From the NCBI RefSeq assembly GCF_009914755.1, contig NC_060944.1: 64,000 nucleotides of DNA; one strand, 5' to 3'. The stretch's first letter is position 1. Every line of letters starts with the position of its first letter. The notes under the pieces were generated by a model. That model ran no database searches and was not told where the DNA came from. It saw only the letters and a program-made list of their open reading frames with translations. The stretch is from the human T2T-CHM13v2.0 reference genome, Homo sapiens. A program made the position numbers and the translations under genes. Of the stretch, positions 13,530-26,629 are shown piece after piece.

Positions 13530-14800
13530 GTGTCTGCAAGTCTAAATCCAACACATCAAAGAAAAAGGAAAAACTGAGTAAATATATATGCACATAGATA
13601 ATGAAAATCTAGCTCACTTTCTTAATACAGGAAGAGCTCTTACAAACCAATAAAAGGAATACCATGAGGTCAGGCGAGGTGGCTCACACCTGTAATCCCA
13701 GCATTTTGGGAGGCTGTTGTGGGCAGATCCCTTGAGGTCAGGAGTTTGGGACCAGCCTGGCCAACATGGTGAAACTCCATCATCTCTACTAAAAAAAAAA
13801 ATAAATAAAAATAAAAATTGGCTGGGCACAGTGCTATGTGCCTGTAATCCCAGCTACTCAGGAGGCTGAGGCAGGAGAATATCTTGAAGCTGGGAGGCAA
13901 AGACTGCAATAAGTCGAGATCACACCATTGCACTCCAGCCTGGGTGACAGAGCTATACTCTGTCTCAAAAAAAAAAAAAAAAATCTATGAAAGAAAAAAA
14001 CATAGGCAAAGCATATTATCTTTTGGGGCTTGGGGCTTTGCTAAATAATAAAGCAAGAATACAAATGAGCAGGAAAGACACAAAAAGATAAATTCAACTT
14101 TAGTGAAAAAATATATAACTCAAAACAATGAGGTACTATTTTTACCCACCAAATTGGCAAAACTATTTTTAAGAAATGACAATTCTAAATTATGATGCAT
14201 ATGAGCTGAATATAGAGTTCTCATGCACTGCTGGTAAACATATAAACTGTTAACAAACTTTATCAAGAACAATAATATGGCAGATGGACTAAGAATCGTC
14301 ATTCATTTTTTTCACCCAGAATTTCCTCTTTTAGAAACACTGCCTAAGAAAATAAACATACAAAGACATATATAAGATTATGTTCATTTTAAACATAAAG
14401 CACTTTTTTAAAAACTAGAGACAGCATTCCATGTACATTCAAGAAGAGGTGTAAATAAATTGCGGAATGGCTATTTCATAAAACTAAAAAAAAATTATGG
14501 TGTAGAAGAGTATTTAATCACATAAAAAAAGTCAATTATATAAATTGTGAGAAATACATTTTAAGCAGGCCAAGAAAGTTGATCTATTTTTATTATCCCA
14601 ATTTCACTTTCAAGCCCGTTCTTATACTTTGCATTTATAGGTAAAATTGGCAAGAATCCACAAAATATCACCAGTGATTATCTATTCATGTAAGATTATA
14701 AAGGACTTTTATTTCCTTCATCTTCTATATTCCAATTATTCTATAATAAATATTATTTTCATAGTAAAGAATACAATAACTTTTTCCAAGGTATGCTAAT
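13530..14800 (+). mobile_element. Old L1 (L1M) 3' fragments interrupted by an Alu
   Basis: A-rich degenerate L1 sequence (aaaacaatgaggtactatttttacccaccaaattggcaaa; tgcactgctggtaaacatataaactg). Confidence 0.55.
13668..13983 (+). mobile_element. Alu (AluS-like)
   Basis: Full dimer, expanded A-rich linker, A tail. Confidence 0.94.
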
Positions 14801-15235
14801 GTTGTATTAAGAAATTAAGGTGACTGGAAAATAAAAATTACTATAATTGTTTACAAAAAGATAAGCTCTCCCAGGCTTGCCTCACCAGGGGTCTGCACCC
14901 TGCACCCATACCAACCCCAGACCAGCACCTGTTCTGGTCATTAACCCTGGTGGCTACCCATTGGTTAGGGTGGAGGGACTGACTCACTTTAGCCACAAGT
15001 TTCTCAGAGTGGGATTTCCACCTCCTCAAATGTAGGCAATGCGCTGGGGACACAGCAAGCCACTGCACCAGTCTCTAGCTGGAATGTCACCTTAGCTGAC
15101 GGTAAGCAATTTGTAACATTCTTTTTATATTATGAGCAAAATAAAAAAATTGCTTGAATGTTTCAGAAATTTTGGGCTTGTGAGAGGCTACTTAAGGCCA
15201 TGCCTAGCAAGTTCCAACTCACTGCTCTCACTGAG

Positions 15236-15440
15236 CAGGGTTTCTCAGCCTGGGCCTATGGACATTCTGGGCAAAATACTGTTTTGTCGGTGGTGAGGAG
15301 GTTGTCCTTTGCATAGAAGTTTAGTAGTCTCCCTGGCCTTTATGGACTAGATGCTAGTAAAACACACATGGTTGTGATCACCAAAAATGTCTCCATCACT
15401 GCATCCTGGAGCAAAAGACCACACTAGTTGAGAACCAGGG
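15236..15440. mobile_element. MER20-like hAT-Charlie fossil
   Basis: cagggtttctcagcc...ctagatgctagta...aaaaatgtctcca...gttgagaacc termini. Confidence 0.65.
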
Positions 15441-15590
15441 TGGTTAAGTACACTCCATAGTACCTAGGTTAAAAGTTTCCATTTGGTAAAAACTTTTGAG
15501 AAACACTGTAATCCCACTAAACTCCAAAAGACTGGCAGAATTCAAAGTGGAGTTGCACCACTCACTTAATTTCACCTAAATGCACTTGCC

Positions 15591-15874
15591 TTTTTTTTTT
15601 TTTTTCCTTTCACCCGGGCTGGAGTGCAGTGGTGTGATTATAGCTCACTGCAGACTCCAGCTCCTCAAACTCCTGGGCTCCTCCCAAGTAGCTAAGACTA
15701 CAGGTGTGCCCCACCACGCCAAGCTAATTTTTTCTTTTGTACAGATGGGGGTGAGTGGGCCTCTCGCTACTTTGCCCAGGCTGGTCTCAAACTCTTGGCC
15801 TCAAGTGCTCCTCCTGCCTCAAGCCTCCACTTCCCAGAGCACTGGGATTACAGGCATGAGCCATCAGGCTGGCC
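15591..15874 (-). mobile_element. Alu (AluJ-like, internally deleted)
   Basis: Poly(T) plus antisense Alu; TSD acttgcct on both sides. Confidence 0.9.
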
Positions 15875-16185
15875 TACTTGCCTCAGGCAGCTGACAGCCG
15901 TTCCACTCACTGAGCATGAGCTGCAGGATTAGGGTGGAGACCCCGCCCCCCAGCAGACAGTCCCACCCACAGTGCTGGCTCTTGGGTCATGGCCTCCCTT
16001 TGTCCTTCAGCTCCAGGGCCACCCTCTAATCCATGGGTGACTTCCCATTTCCCTTTTGGGTTTTAGGCTTTCCTTTAACACCTATTCCCTGGATAAAATT
16101 CCCTCTGTTGACCTGCCAAGTGTGGCAATATTTGCCTGGCTGAATTTCAATTGATATATTGTATATTTATTGGGATAATGTTACA

Positions 16186-16215
16186 TATATATAAATATAC
16201 ATATATATATGTATG

Positions 16216-16246
<31 letters not shown>
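16186..16246. repeat. (TA)n/(TATG)n microsatellite, probably derived from the Alu tail
   Basis: Direct inspection; abuts an antisense Alu. Confidence 0.85.
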
Positions 16247-16526
16247 TTGAGACTGAGTTTTACTCTTGTTGCCCAGGCTGGAGTGCAATAGCGCGATCTC
16301 AGCTCACCGCAACCTCCGCCTCCTGGGTTCAAGCAATTCTGACTCAGCCTCCCAAGTAGCTGGGACTACAGGCATGCACCACCACGCTCAGCTAATTTTG
16401 TATTTTTAATAGAGACGAGGTTTCTCCATGTTGGTCAGGCTGGTCTCAGACTCCTGACCTCAGGGGATCCACCTGCCTCAGCCTCCCAAAGTGCTGGGAT
16501 TACAGGCGTGAGCCACTGCACCTGGC
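16245..16526 (-). mobile_element. Alu (AluSp/Sq-like)
   Basis: Antisense Alu dimer (actcttgttgcccagg; ctcaccgcaacc). Confidence 0.93.
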
Positions 16527-16715
16527 ACATTTATATATTAACATAGGGAAAATTGACATCTCTGTGATCCTGTCTTTCTATTCGAGAATATGGCCAATAT
16601 CTTTCCATGGGATCAAATCTTCATCTTCGTCCCTCCTTCCATAGAGTTCAGAGAGGTTCAAAGCCTTATTTAGCACTTCCTTAGCTTTTTTTTTTTTAAG
16701 TTTGTTGAATTTCTT

Positions 16716-16718
<3 letters not shown>

Positions 16719-16746
<28 letters not shown>

Positions 16747-17025
16747 GTGACGGAGTCTCACTGTCGCCTAGGCTGGAGTGCAGTGGCGCGATCTCGGCTC
16801 ACTGCGGGCTCCGCCCCCTGGGGTTCACGCCATTCTCTTGCCTCAGCCTCCCGAGTAGCTGGGACTACAGGCGCCCGCCACCTCGCCCGGCTAATTTTTT
16901 GTATTTTTAGTAGAGACGGGGTTTCACTGTGTTAGCCAGGATGGTCTCGATCTCCTGACCTCGTGATCCGCCCACCTCGGCCTCCCAAAGTGCTGGGATT
17001 ACAGGCACGAGACACCGCGCCCGGC
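16719..17025 (-). mobile_element. Alu (AluY-like)
   Basis: Long pure poly(T), CpG-rich, ttagccaggatggtctcgatctcctgacctcgtgatcc. Confidence 0.95.
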
Positions 17026-17309
17026 TCTTCCTAAGTATTTTATCCTTTATGTGGCCAGTGTAAATGGGGCTGCCTGTAGGGTGGCTGTGAAGACTGAATA
17101 GGATAATATGTGAAGTACTTAACAAGTCCCTGGCATGTAGTAAGTGCTATGGAAATGCTTGCTGTGATAGTCAACCTTTGTTTTCTGCACTTCTTCCTCT
17201 AACGGGTTATGGTTTAGATGTGAGCCATAGTTGTTCTGTCTCGATTTCTGCCTAGCTCCTGTTCAGGTGAAGCTGAGAGGCAGAAATGGATCAAGCCTTA
17301 AGCAGATGC

Positions 17310-17610
17310 CCAAGATCAAGGCACTGGCAGGTTCAGTGTCTTGCAAAGGCTCACTCTCTGCTTCTAAGATGGTGCCTTGTTGCTGTATCTCATAGAGGGG
17401 ACAAACACTGGGTCTTCCCATGATGGAAGGGCCAAAAGGGGCCTAGCTATTTCCCTGGAGCCCTTTTATAAGGGCAGTAATCCCATTCATGAGGACCAAA
17501 CTCTCATGACTTAATTACCTCCTAAAGGTCCCACCTCTTAAGACTATCATGTTGTGTCTCAGGTTCTAATATATGAATTTGGGGGGGACATATAAGTTCA
17601 AACCAAAGTA
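17310..17610 (-). mobile_element. MaLR LTR fragment (MLT1A/MST-like)
   Basis: ccaagatcaaggcactggcagg...taatcccattcatgagg...atatgaatttggggggaca. Confidence 0.7.
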
Positions 17611-17944
17611 GGGTGGCATGCCAGCAACAGCCCCATCCCATAACCAGCTCTCAGTCCTCTTATGGAGGTCCCTTCCCCACTCATTTCTGCCCCCAGAACT
17701 AGAGAATTTTCCTCACTGGCCCATCTTCCCCAGAAGCCAGAGACTTTTTGGTGCTAAAACCCAATCACCAGAAGCAAGGACACAATTATTATTGCTTCAT
17801 GTGTCCTATCTAGCTTAAGAAAACAAAGTTTAATATTCCTAGAAAACGAAGCATTCTTGTGGGCAAGTCTCATGGTTTAAAACAAAATTAACGTTTGCTG
17901 TTTACTGTTCACGGTTCAGAAACAGGCTGACAATTGCTCTCTGT

Positions 17945-18450
17945 GTAACAGTGAGCTGGCTGCATAACAAACTGCCCCAAAACTCAGTAGCTTAAAATAA
18001 CAATCATTTAATTTTGCTCTTGGGTCTACAGGTCAGCTGCGTTGTTCTGCTGATCTGCACCAGGCTAGGCTAATCTCAGGAGAGTGAGTTAGAGACTGAC
18101 GGATCGAGGATGGCTTCCCTCCTGTGTCTGGCAGCTGTCAGCAGGGGCAGTGAATTTGACTGGAATACTTCTCTCTTATCAATCAGGAGGCTAACCTAGG
18201 CTTATCTTCATGGTGCAACGGAGTTCTGGGAGAGATCAGAGAACATAGGAGTTCTTGGGACTGATGTTTGGAACTGATACAGAATCACTTTCCCCCACAT
18301 TCTATTGGCCAAAGCAAGACATAAAGCCAGCTTGGAGTCTAGGGGTAGGAAATAGACCACTCTTCTTGATGGATGGGGCTGCAAAGGCATAGTGCACAGG
18401 GCATAAATACAGGGAATCATGAATAATTAGGGTCACAATCAATCTACCAC
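17945..18450 (-). mobile_element. MLT1 (MaLR) LTR
   Basis: ctgcataacaaactgccccaaaactcagtagcttaaaataacaatcattta...cacattctattggccaaagcaag. Confidence 0.7.
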
Positions 18451-18614
18451 ACTCCCCACACAAAGAAGAGAATGTTTAGCATCGATTTCCTTCATTTTAG
18501 CAAACGTTGCTTCATCTCACTAGCAGTCTACATATGGACTGATTCAGGAGAAAGTTCTGCAGATGGTCAACCTCACTCACCCATTTATTGTGAAACACAT
18601 CAGTTGTACTTTGC

Positions 18615-18880
18615 TTTTTTTTTTTTTTTTTTTTTTTGAGATGGGGTCTCGTTCTGTCACCCGGGCTGGAGTGCAGTGGCACAATCTCGGCTCACTGCAC
18701 CTCCCGAATAGCTGGGATTACAGACATGTATCACCACACCCAGTTAATTTTTGTATTTTTAGTAGAGACAGGGTTTCACCATGTTGGCCAGGCTGGTCTC
18801 GAACTCCCGACCCCAGGTGATTCACCCACCTCAGCCTCCCAAAGTGCTGGGATTACAGGCATGAACCACCGCGCCCGGCC
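18615..18880 (-). mobile_element. Alu (AluS-like) with an internal deletion of about 40 bp
   Basis: Antisense Alu; ctcactgcacctcccgaatagctgg joins across the missing segment. Confidence 0.92.
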
Positions 18881-20443
18881 ACACTTTTGCTATTTCTTGA
18901 TACCGAGCCCAAATCTGAGTCTGTTTGAGAGTGTGATCCTCCACACCAACTGTAGGGATGATCTATTTCCCTCGCTGTCCTGGTTTCTGAGAGCAGTTCC
19001 TTGTTTTGGTTGGAGTTTTCCAGCATAGATTTACCAAGATGCTGAGAATAGTTCCCAGCTAGTGGTTGAATAAATATTTGTTCACTTGTCGATTCAATCA
19101 ATCACAGGCTGATTAATTCCCAGTGCTGTTAGAAGTGATTGAAAATGTCACATCTGATTGTCAGGCGGCAGAGAGCACTTGGAGGTAATCCAGTCATCTC
19201 TCTTCCTTCTGGCTTCTCCACTCTTAAACCACTGATTCTGTGTCAGTTTCAAGCGTAAGGACCATGGACACCTGGTGACCACACAGGGAGAGACTTTCCC
19301 TGACAATCTCTTCTGTCTTCTCCCTCTAGAGGGTAACCAAGCCACCCTGGGCCAGGCTGTGGAGTGGCTGGAGGTTGCACCTGCCCCTTGCCTCCGGCAC
19401 TGCATGGCTGCACTCCTATCCACCCTCCCAGCCCACAGGTGAACACTAAGCAGCCCCAGGCCCCATTGCCTTGGGGTAAGAAAGTGGGAAGCAAGAAACT
19501 AATGGTCCAATCCTGGGTTGTTTAGGTAGAGAGGAAAATACTCAGAAGACAAGGAAAAGGATTTTTAAGAACCTCTAAGAACATGGTTTGAGGAGAAGAG
19601 CCATGCTAACTGTAGGGACTTATGCAAAGTTTGCCATTTAAACTAATTAGCATGTGGCAATAACTACTGTGCTTACTACTGTGTGTTTAAGGTTTTATTC
19701 ACTGTGTGTTTTACTTGATCATATTAGACTTTCCTCCTACATTTGGAGTTCCCTTGCTCAAGTAAAATGTCATATATTATGTGTTTAAAAGGATTCTAGT
19801 ATCCAATTGAATAAAAAAGAATATATACATATGCACACACACGTAAGATTTTTATATATCATGGAGTAAATGTATGCTTTATATTTATAATGTCTACATA
19901 TCATATTTAAATTTATATATTGATATATAGCTATTTAAAATAAAAGGTATATATCTTCTATAAATGTTTTGTATAGCTTATGTAGCTAAGAAAAATTATA
20001 TGTCCATATACTTGCATTTTCACTAAAAAATGTCTGATACATAAAGAGATGTAAGAATGAGATAATAATTACCTCTAGAGAGTTGTTTTTTATTTTCCTT
20101 TCCATACAGTTAGACTTTTCATTGTGAGCATGTACCACCTTTCTAGCTTTTTTAAAAAGCAGTTTATTTGTAAATTTTAAGACAGTTCTTCCAATTTTCT
20201 TACCTCATTATCCCCAGCTTAAATTGTAAATTCAGTTGACTTTTTTAGATTGAATTCTTCCTGGAAAAAAAAAGTTTCCCACAATGCCCTGCCAGAAGGA
20301 TATGGTGTCCAACCCAGTTTAAAAAGTGCACCCAGTCTTTAGGTTCAACTGCTGAAGAAGCCCAACCCCTGGGCTGGAGACCTCCCCTGCCCCCTCGCAG
20401 CCCAGGCTGTGGGTAGCGGCAGCGTCTCCCCTGCTCTCCCCAG

Positions 20444-20659
20444 GGCCGCGGCGGCAAAGGCAGCATCTACGTGTGGGCCTCCGGGGACGGCGGCAGCTAT
20501 GACGACTGCAACTGCGACGGCTACGCCTCCAGCATGTGGACCATCTCCATCAACTCAGCCATCAACGACGGCAGGACTGCCCTGTACGACGAGAGCTGCT
20601 CTTCCACCTTGGCTTCCACCTTCAGCAACGGGAGGAAAAGGAACCCCGAGGCCGGTGTG
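20444..20659 (+). CDS. PCSK2: PC2 coding exon (probably exon 9; contains oxyanion-hole Asp310)
   Basis: CAG acceptor 20441-20443, donor GTG|gtgagc; 216 bp, phase 0/0; [39 protein letters not shown]...NPEAGV. Confidence 0.97.
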
Positions 20660-22665
20660 GTGAGCACGTCCCCTTCTGTCCTTGTTTCCTTAGGGCCACT
20701 GCACCTCTGTGTCAGGGTGGGATGCTGGGACACTGGCTTGCTCCCCTCCTGTCCCCTCCCTCAGAGCCTGAACTAAGGCTCTGAAGGGAAGACCCCTTTT
20801 CTCTATGCCCAGTCCTGCTTTCTAACAAAGCACAGACCTCCCATCTGCGAGCTAGTAGCATGATCGGTGAGGACTCCTTTCTGGATCGTTTTCCATAGAT
20901 TTTCTTGTTTATTGTTTCTGGCTTACAAGTAATGATGAAGTCTGGTTTACCAATCAGTTGCCCCATTCCATCACTTACAAGAATAACTAACTCATTGTAA
21001 GAACCAAGGCATCACACTGTAACCCTGTCTGAAACAAGAACCCATCTGTTTATTTATAGCAATTTAAAAAACAACATTCACGGATGGACTTTTCTGGATC
21101 CATAAACCCCGTAAAATTGCACACACATCTGTTATTTTCTCAGGGAAAGAGTTGTGATTTTCATCATATTTTAAAATGGAGCCATGATTTTTAGAACAAA
21201 AAGATTAATAATCACAGATTTATTGTTTGTTGCTCTTTTCTGAGCAAAGAAAAAAAAATCTTCCTTTCTTGGCAACTAGGTATAATGGTGAATTTTCCAA
21301 GCCCCTGGGAAATACATCATCTGTAAAGCATAATAAGCTTTTTTGGATCTTTTCCTCTCTGGAGATTTTGCTCACAGATCAGCCTTTTCTTACACCTCCA
21401 AACCAGGATTTAGTAGGTGGTTCAGTAGTCATGCATGAATTATATCCTGACTGGCTGCACCCATCTCCACTGAGGCTTCTTGAGACAGGAGGACAGGAGC
21501 TCAGGACAAAATCATTAGTACCATCCAGTGTTTCGATCCCACGCTCCCACGTGGGATCCCAACTTGGCAAGATGGCCATGCCCCTGCGTGAGCGAGGAGA
21601 AGCCCTTTACCTGGAAGGGACGCAGACCTTAAAAGCCTGTCCTTCCCACGAGCCCTCCTGCATTCCCCCTTGGTCTTGGGGAGGATGAAGAATGTGCCAG
21701 CTCCTCCCAAACAGAAGGGGGCTTTGACCCCTCTTATCCTGTAAGCTGTATGGACAGAAAGGGAGAAGGGCAGAGCAGACAGGGACAGGTGAGGTGACAC
21801 TTCACTCTCACGCCTGAAAGCTCCACTCCCTACCCCAAAGACCTCTCAGTGGTGTAAATTTGTCCTCGACCCGTATTTATGACTCTTTCTACTTGGGCTG
21901 GCTAAAGGCCTTGAGTTTCCTGTGAGTACTATAATTTTGCTCAATAGATGCCCTTAAACCTCCCTGGTAATTTCTTCCTCAAAATAATAAGCTCTCTTGA
22001 GGATCCTACAGACAGAGGAAGAATTCCCGTCGTTTATACATGATTTTAATGAACACCCTGGCTCTCACAAACATTGAAAATGAGGTTTTTCACTTTGTGA
22101 AAGTCCTTTAAAAATCTGTTTACCAGTCTCCCCTCTAAATAAGAGTTGTGGAGGTGATACCCACATATTGGGTTGTCTTGACTCAACACATCTCAGAATC
22201 TCTCCGTGGATTTTAGATGTAGAGAAACATGTTTTAATAGCCTGCCCTTCTAGAGAGACTTTAGCTGAGCATGTTGATTCTTTCCTCTTCGGGAATGCCT
22301 TCTTTCCCCCAAGAAGGAAAAAGAAATGCTGATGAAGTGGCCTTTGGCCTTTCAAGGGCCAGTCCCAATGCAACAAAACTAGGGGGGGGGTATTGACATC
22401 ACTTTCCACTTCATAATGTTTCCTTTTAGGTTTCAGGAAATAAATCTCTCTGTAGTCTCTGGAATAGCCACAGATATGCTTCTTTGAACAACTCATTTAT
22501 CTTGTGGACACTGTAACTATAACTGACTATATATCCCCTTTTACGTGGGCTACTAGGAAGCTCAGATAAAATCTAGGGCAAAAGAGAGGCATATGGATGC
22601 TAAGTTTATCCTTAGTTTCATCTTAATCTTCTTGGGAACAAAGCATAGGTTAAATAAAAGGAGTA

Positions 22666-22960
22666 GGCTGGGGGCAGTGACTCATGCCTGTAATCCTTTG
22701 GAAGGCTGAGGCAGGTGGATCACCTGAGGTCAGGAGTTTGAGACCAGCTTGGTCAACATGGCGAAACCCTGTCTCTACTAAAATTACAAAAATTAGCCGG
22801 GCATGGTGGCACGTGCCTGTAATCCCAGCTAATTCAGGAGGCTGAGGCAGGAGAATCGCTTGAACCTGGGAGGCGGAGGTTGCCATGAGCCAAGATCATG
22901 CCACTGCACTCCAGCCTGGGCAACAGAGTGAGGCTGTCTCAATAAATAAATAAATAAATA
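22666..22960 (+). mobile_element. Alu (AluSx-like) with (TAAA)n tail
   Basis: Full dimer; 15-bp TSD taaataaaaggagta at 22651-22665 and 22955-22969. Confidence 0.95.
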
Positions 22961-23049
22961 AAAGGAGTAGATAATCCCCTGCTCCACATTGTGCGGGGGT
23001 TCAAAATAGCGTGATTTATCCACTCATTACTCATTATCTTCCCTTCCAG

Positions 23050-23150
23050 GCAACCACAGATTTGTACGGCAACTGCACTCTGAGGCATTCTGGGACATCT
23101 GCAGCTGCCCCCGAGGCAGCTGGTGTGTTTGCACTGGCTCTGGAGGCTAA
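23050..23150 (+). CDS. PCSK2: PC2 coding exon (probably exon 10; contains catalytic Ser384)
   Basis: ttccag acceptor, gtatgt donor at 23151; 101 bp; ATTDLYGNCTLRHSGTSAAAPEAAGVFALALEA with the subtilase GTS motif (Ser codon 23098-23100). Confidence 0.97.
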
Positions 23151-24904
23151 GTATGTTCATAGCTCTGGGTCCAGGGCCAGCTCTGCAGGGTGGACTAACA
23201 CGTGTCTCTCTGCCCACATGCCAGGTGTCCATGGAGGGAAAAGTTGATGTGAGAGGCCATGAATAGTCAGGGCCAATGAACTCTGCTGTGCATTTCTAAG
23301 TGGCCCATGTGCCCACCAGCACACGTGCGTGTGCATACACACACACACGCACACACCATAAAACCACATTCCTGGGAGCACACAACACCCAGCAGCACGT
23401 ATTAGCAACTTACTCAGATACCCAGTGAAGGCACAGAGATATTTCTTTCTTCATCAAATTTACCCCTCTATCCTCTGTGTATCCCTGGGCTCTTCTACTC
23501 CAGTGATATTCACAATCAGCTACTTGAAGACAAATCAAATTGCCAGGCTGGTGTTTCAGAACATGTGGCAAACAAAGTGGTCCCACTCAAGATTTGTTAA
23601 TTTGTGAAGTGGATTCACTTTTTAACACTGAAACAAGATAGGCAAAGTCACGCAGTGTAGACCAAGATATGGGCTTTCCTGGGAGACCTTCCAAGCTGAA
23701 GGTAAGAGGAGACCATCTCCTATGTCCTCACCATCCTATGGAGAGGCCACATATTGCTACTGCTGGACACACCTTGGATTTGAGTAGCAGTGGAGGTACC
23801 TGCCCACCTGCTACTCTACTTTCTTTTAATGATACCTGAGGCTGGCCTTATGTTCACAGAATGAACACATGGGCTTCAGACACCACACACATAGTGTGAG
23901 TGTAAGTGCCGGCTGTGTAGGGAATTGTCAGAGAATGCAGTTCCCAGCAACTTGTGAGAAGTTGGATTCAGTCTCTTGGGGAAGGAGAGTAGAGTTGCTA
24001 GGCAACCAGGGCTCCCAGCATCAATCTCTAGGCAGCCCTGCTTGTCTCTCTCCACATAGGCAGTGCATTTTCTGATTTGCAAAGGAGGCAGGAGTTGGTT
24101 CCTAGAATAGAAAGGGGCTTCAACAGATTACCTAGTTCAACCCTCTACCTTCACAAGAAAAGGCATAATTATCCTCCCTTTACAGATAAGACCCCAAATT
24201 GAGAGTGACTTCTCTTTTTGGACAAGTCTAAACTTTGACTCTTCTAACAAAATTCAGATAGAAAATTTATGATGCCAAGACACTGGTCAAAGCTCAACTA
24301 TTAGGCACAGAGACCTCTGCCCTATCAAGCACAGAAAACAAAATTTACTCATATCCAATGTACATTTCCTGAAGATAAAACTGTTCATCTCAGGGTCTGA
24401 GTGGGCCCTGGAGCCTGAGCTGGCCTTGCTCACTGCATCCGCAAGGAGACAATTAGCACAGCCTGCTGCCTGTAGCTGAGCTGTGCAGAGCCAGGGAACA
24501 GGAGTGCTCCAAAAGCGAGAAGGGTTTCCGGTTGCCCTTTCAACCTCAGAAGTCAGGACTTGACTCACAGTCTTCTGGATTTTTGACAAACAAAATCCTA
24601 TGCCTATGCCTAGATCCATAGGCACACAAATGGAAGACCTAAATAAATCAAAGTGGGGGAGTGAGGCTGCTGGACTCCTAGAGATTCATGGCTCTGCCTT
24701 GATTAGTCACCATTCTTTTAGCACATACGTCCAGATATCCTACAGAAAAGAATGCAGTCACCATTCAGGCATGCTTTGTTTTGAAGCAATGATCATGAAC
24801 TTAATATTCTCTGCTGGCATAAAGAGGAAAAAAATATAACACCTGGCAGCTTGTGGGTAAGTCCATCACGGGAGCCGGTCCTAAAATTCTTCAAAATACC
24901 AACT

Positions 24905-25225
24905 TTCTGAGGTTGGAAGCAGACCCTGAGATGAGATTTTGGTGCAAGTGATTTATTAAGGAAGGGATCCCAGGAAAGGCAGTAAGGGAGTAGGGGAAAC
25001 AAGTTAGGGATGGGGAAGAATCCAAGCAAAGGTTCAACTTCAAAAGTTCTGGCCTCAGTCTAATCCCGAGTGTAAATTAGGCCTCAGAGTTTGTTCTACC
25101 TCCAGGCAAGGAAGCAGGACTGTCATATTCTTATATGAGTCAGTCATCGGCTAAGAGCTACTCTGGAGAAGTAAACTCCAAGGCATCTCTAGCTTTAGGC
25201 AAAGCGGCTCCAATAGCCAAAAGTG
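24905..25225 (-). mobile_element. ERVL-class LTR fragment (LTR16/LTR33-like)
   Basis: gaagcagaccctgagatgagattttggtgcaagtgatttattaaggaag. Confidence 0.5.
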
Positions 25226-25809
25226 AAAACCATTGGTCAGGATGAGATACTCCAAATGAGAGCCCAGAGGGATGAGGAATAGGGCCTCCACAGAGCAGTC
25301 CCAAAGCTCATCTCTCTCTTATCTTGAGATAAGGTTACAGGAAGTCCTCATGCATAACAACAAATTATCTAAATGTATGTCCATCAGGACCTTGAAAGAG
25401 AGAGAACAACACTTCCCCCATCATGACTGTAGGGGAGAAAAAGAAAACCATCTCTCTCTCCTAACCAGTTGTCACTTTGTAGTTTAATATCATAATGTAC
25501 TTTTCTGCCTAATGCTTGAAAATGCCTACTTGAGTCACAGGAAATATTGCTCCCATCTCCCAGTATCACCAATATCAGAGAAATTTCAAAGAATTTTAGT
25601 GGGGGATGACTGCCACCTTCGAATATTTAGGTTTCTCTCATATGACCTGGTGCTTTCTCTGTGGTCCTAGAGGGTGAGCTAGGCTCGAGGGGTAGATGTC
25701 ATAAGAAGATCAGTTTTTGACTCAAGAAAATCATCTGGAGTAAAGTGGTCCACATGCTGGACTGGAACAACATTTCCAAAACTGACCTTCCAGGGGATGG
25801 ATTTTTAAT

Positions 25810-26390
25810 GTAAACTCTTTAGCGAGTATAGTATATAGAAATAAATTCATTAGGTGTGGCTCCATGACATTTTAACTAAATGAACAGACCCATGTAGCCA
25901 GCACCCAAATCAAGAAACAGACGATTTATGTGCCCTGTTGCTCAGCAGTGCAAGAGATTCCTCCATGCTCCTGTATGTAGTTATAGGTCGTTCATTCTCA
26001 TTGTTGAATATCATTCCATTGTATAAATGGATATTTGGATTGTTTCCATTTGGGGCTACTATGAGTGATATTGTTAGGAACATTCTTGTACATGCCTTTT
26101 GGTGAACATACAGATACATTTCTGTTGAGCGTCTACTAGGGAGTCAAAATGTTGGGTCATTAATATACATATGTGCAATTCTAGTAGATATCGTCAAATA
26201 GTTTCCTGAAGTGGGTGTACCCATTGACCCTACCTTGAGCAGTATATGAGAATTACAGTTGCCCCACATCCTTGCCAAAATGTGGTATTATTAGTCTTCT
26301 ATATTTTAGCATTCTTATGGATGTGCAGTGGAGTCATATTATAGTTTTAATTTGCACTTCCCTCATAGCTAGTGAAATTGAGCACACTGG
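25810..26390 (-). mobile_element. Old L1 (L1M) 3' fragment
   Basis: gattgtttccatttggggctactatgagt...aacattcttgtacatgcctttt...gttttaatttgcacttccct. Confidence 0.75.
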
Positions 26391-26629
26391 GTAAAGTTTT
26401 TTAAAAAATACATTCCCAAGCCTCACCCAAGCCTCATAGAATACAAATCCCTAGGGATGGGTGGCCCAGGAACCTGACTTTTCAATGCCTGTTCCCCGGG
26501 AATACTTAAGCTGCCAGCCTGTCGCTGATCTGTGGACTAGGGTGTGAGGATGATCAATAAGGCAATAGCTCTGTGAATCTATGACTCTGGGTGCAGAGTG
26601 TGGGTAGCTGGCTTCTGCCTCTGATTAGG

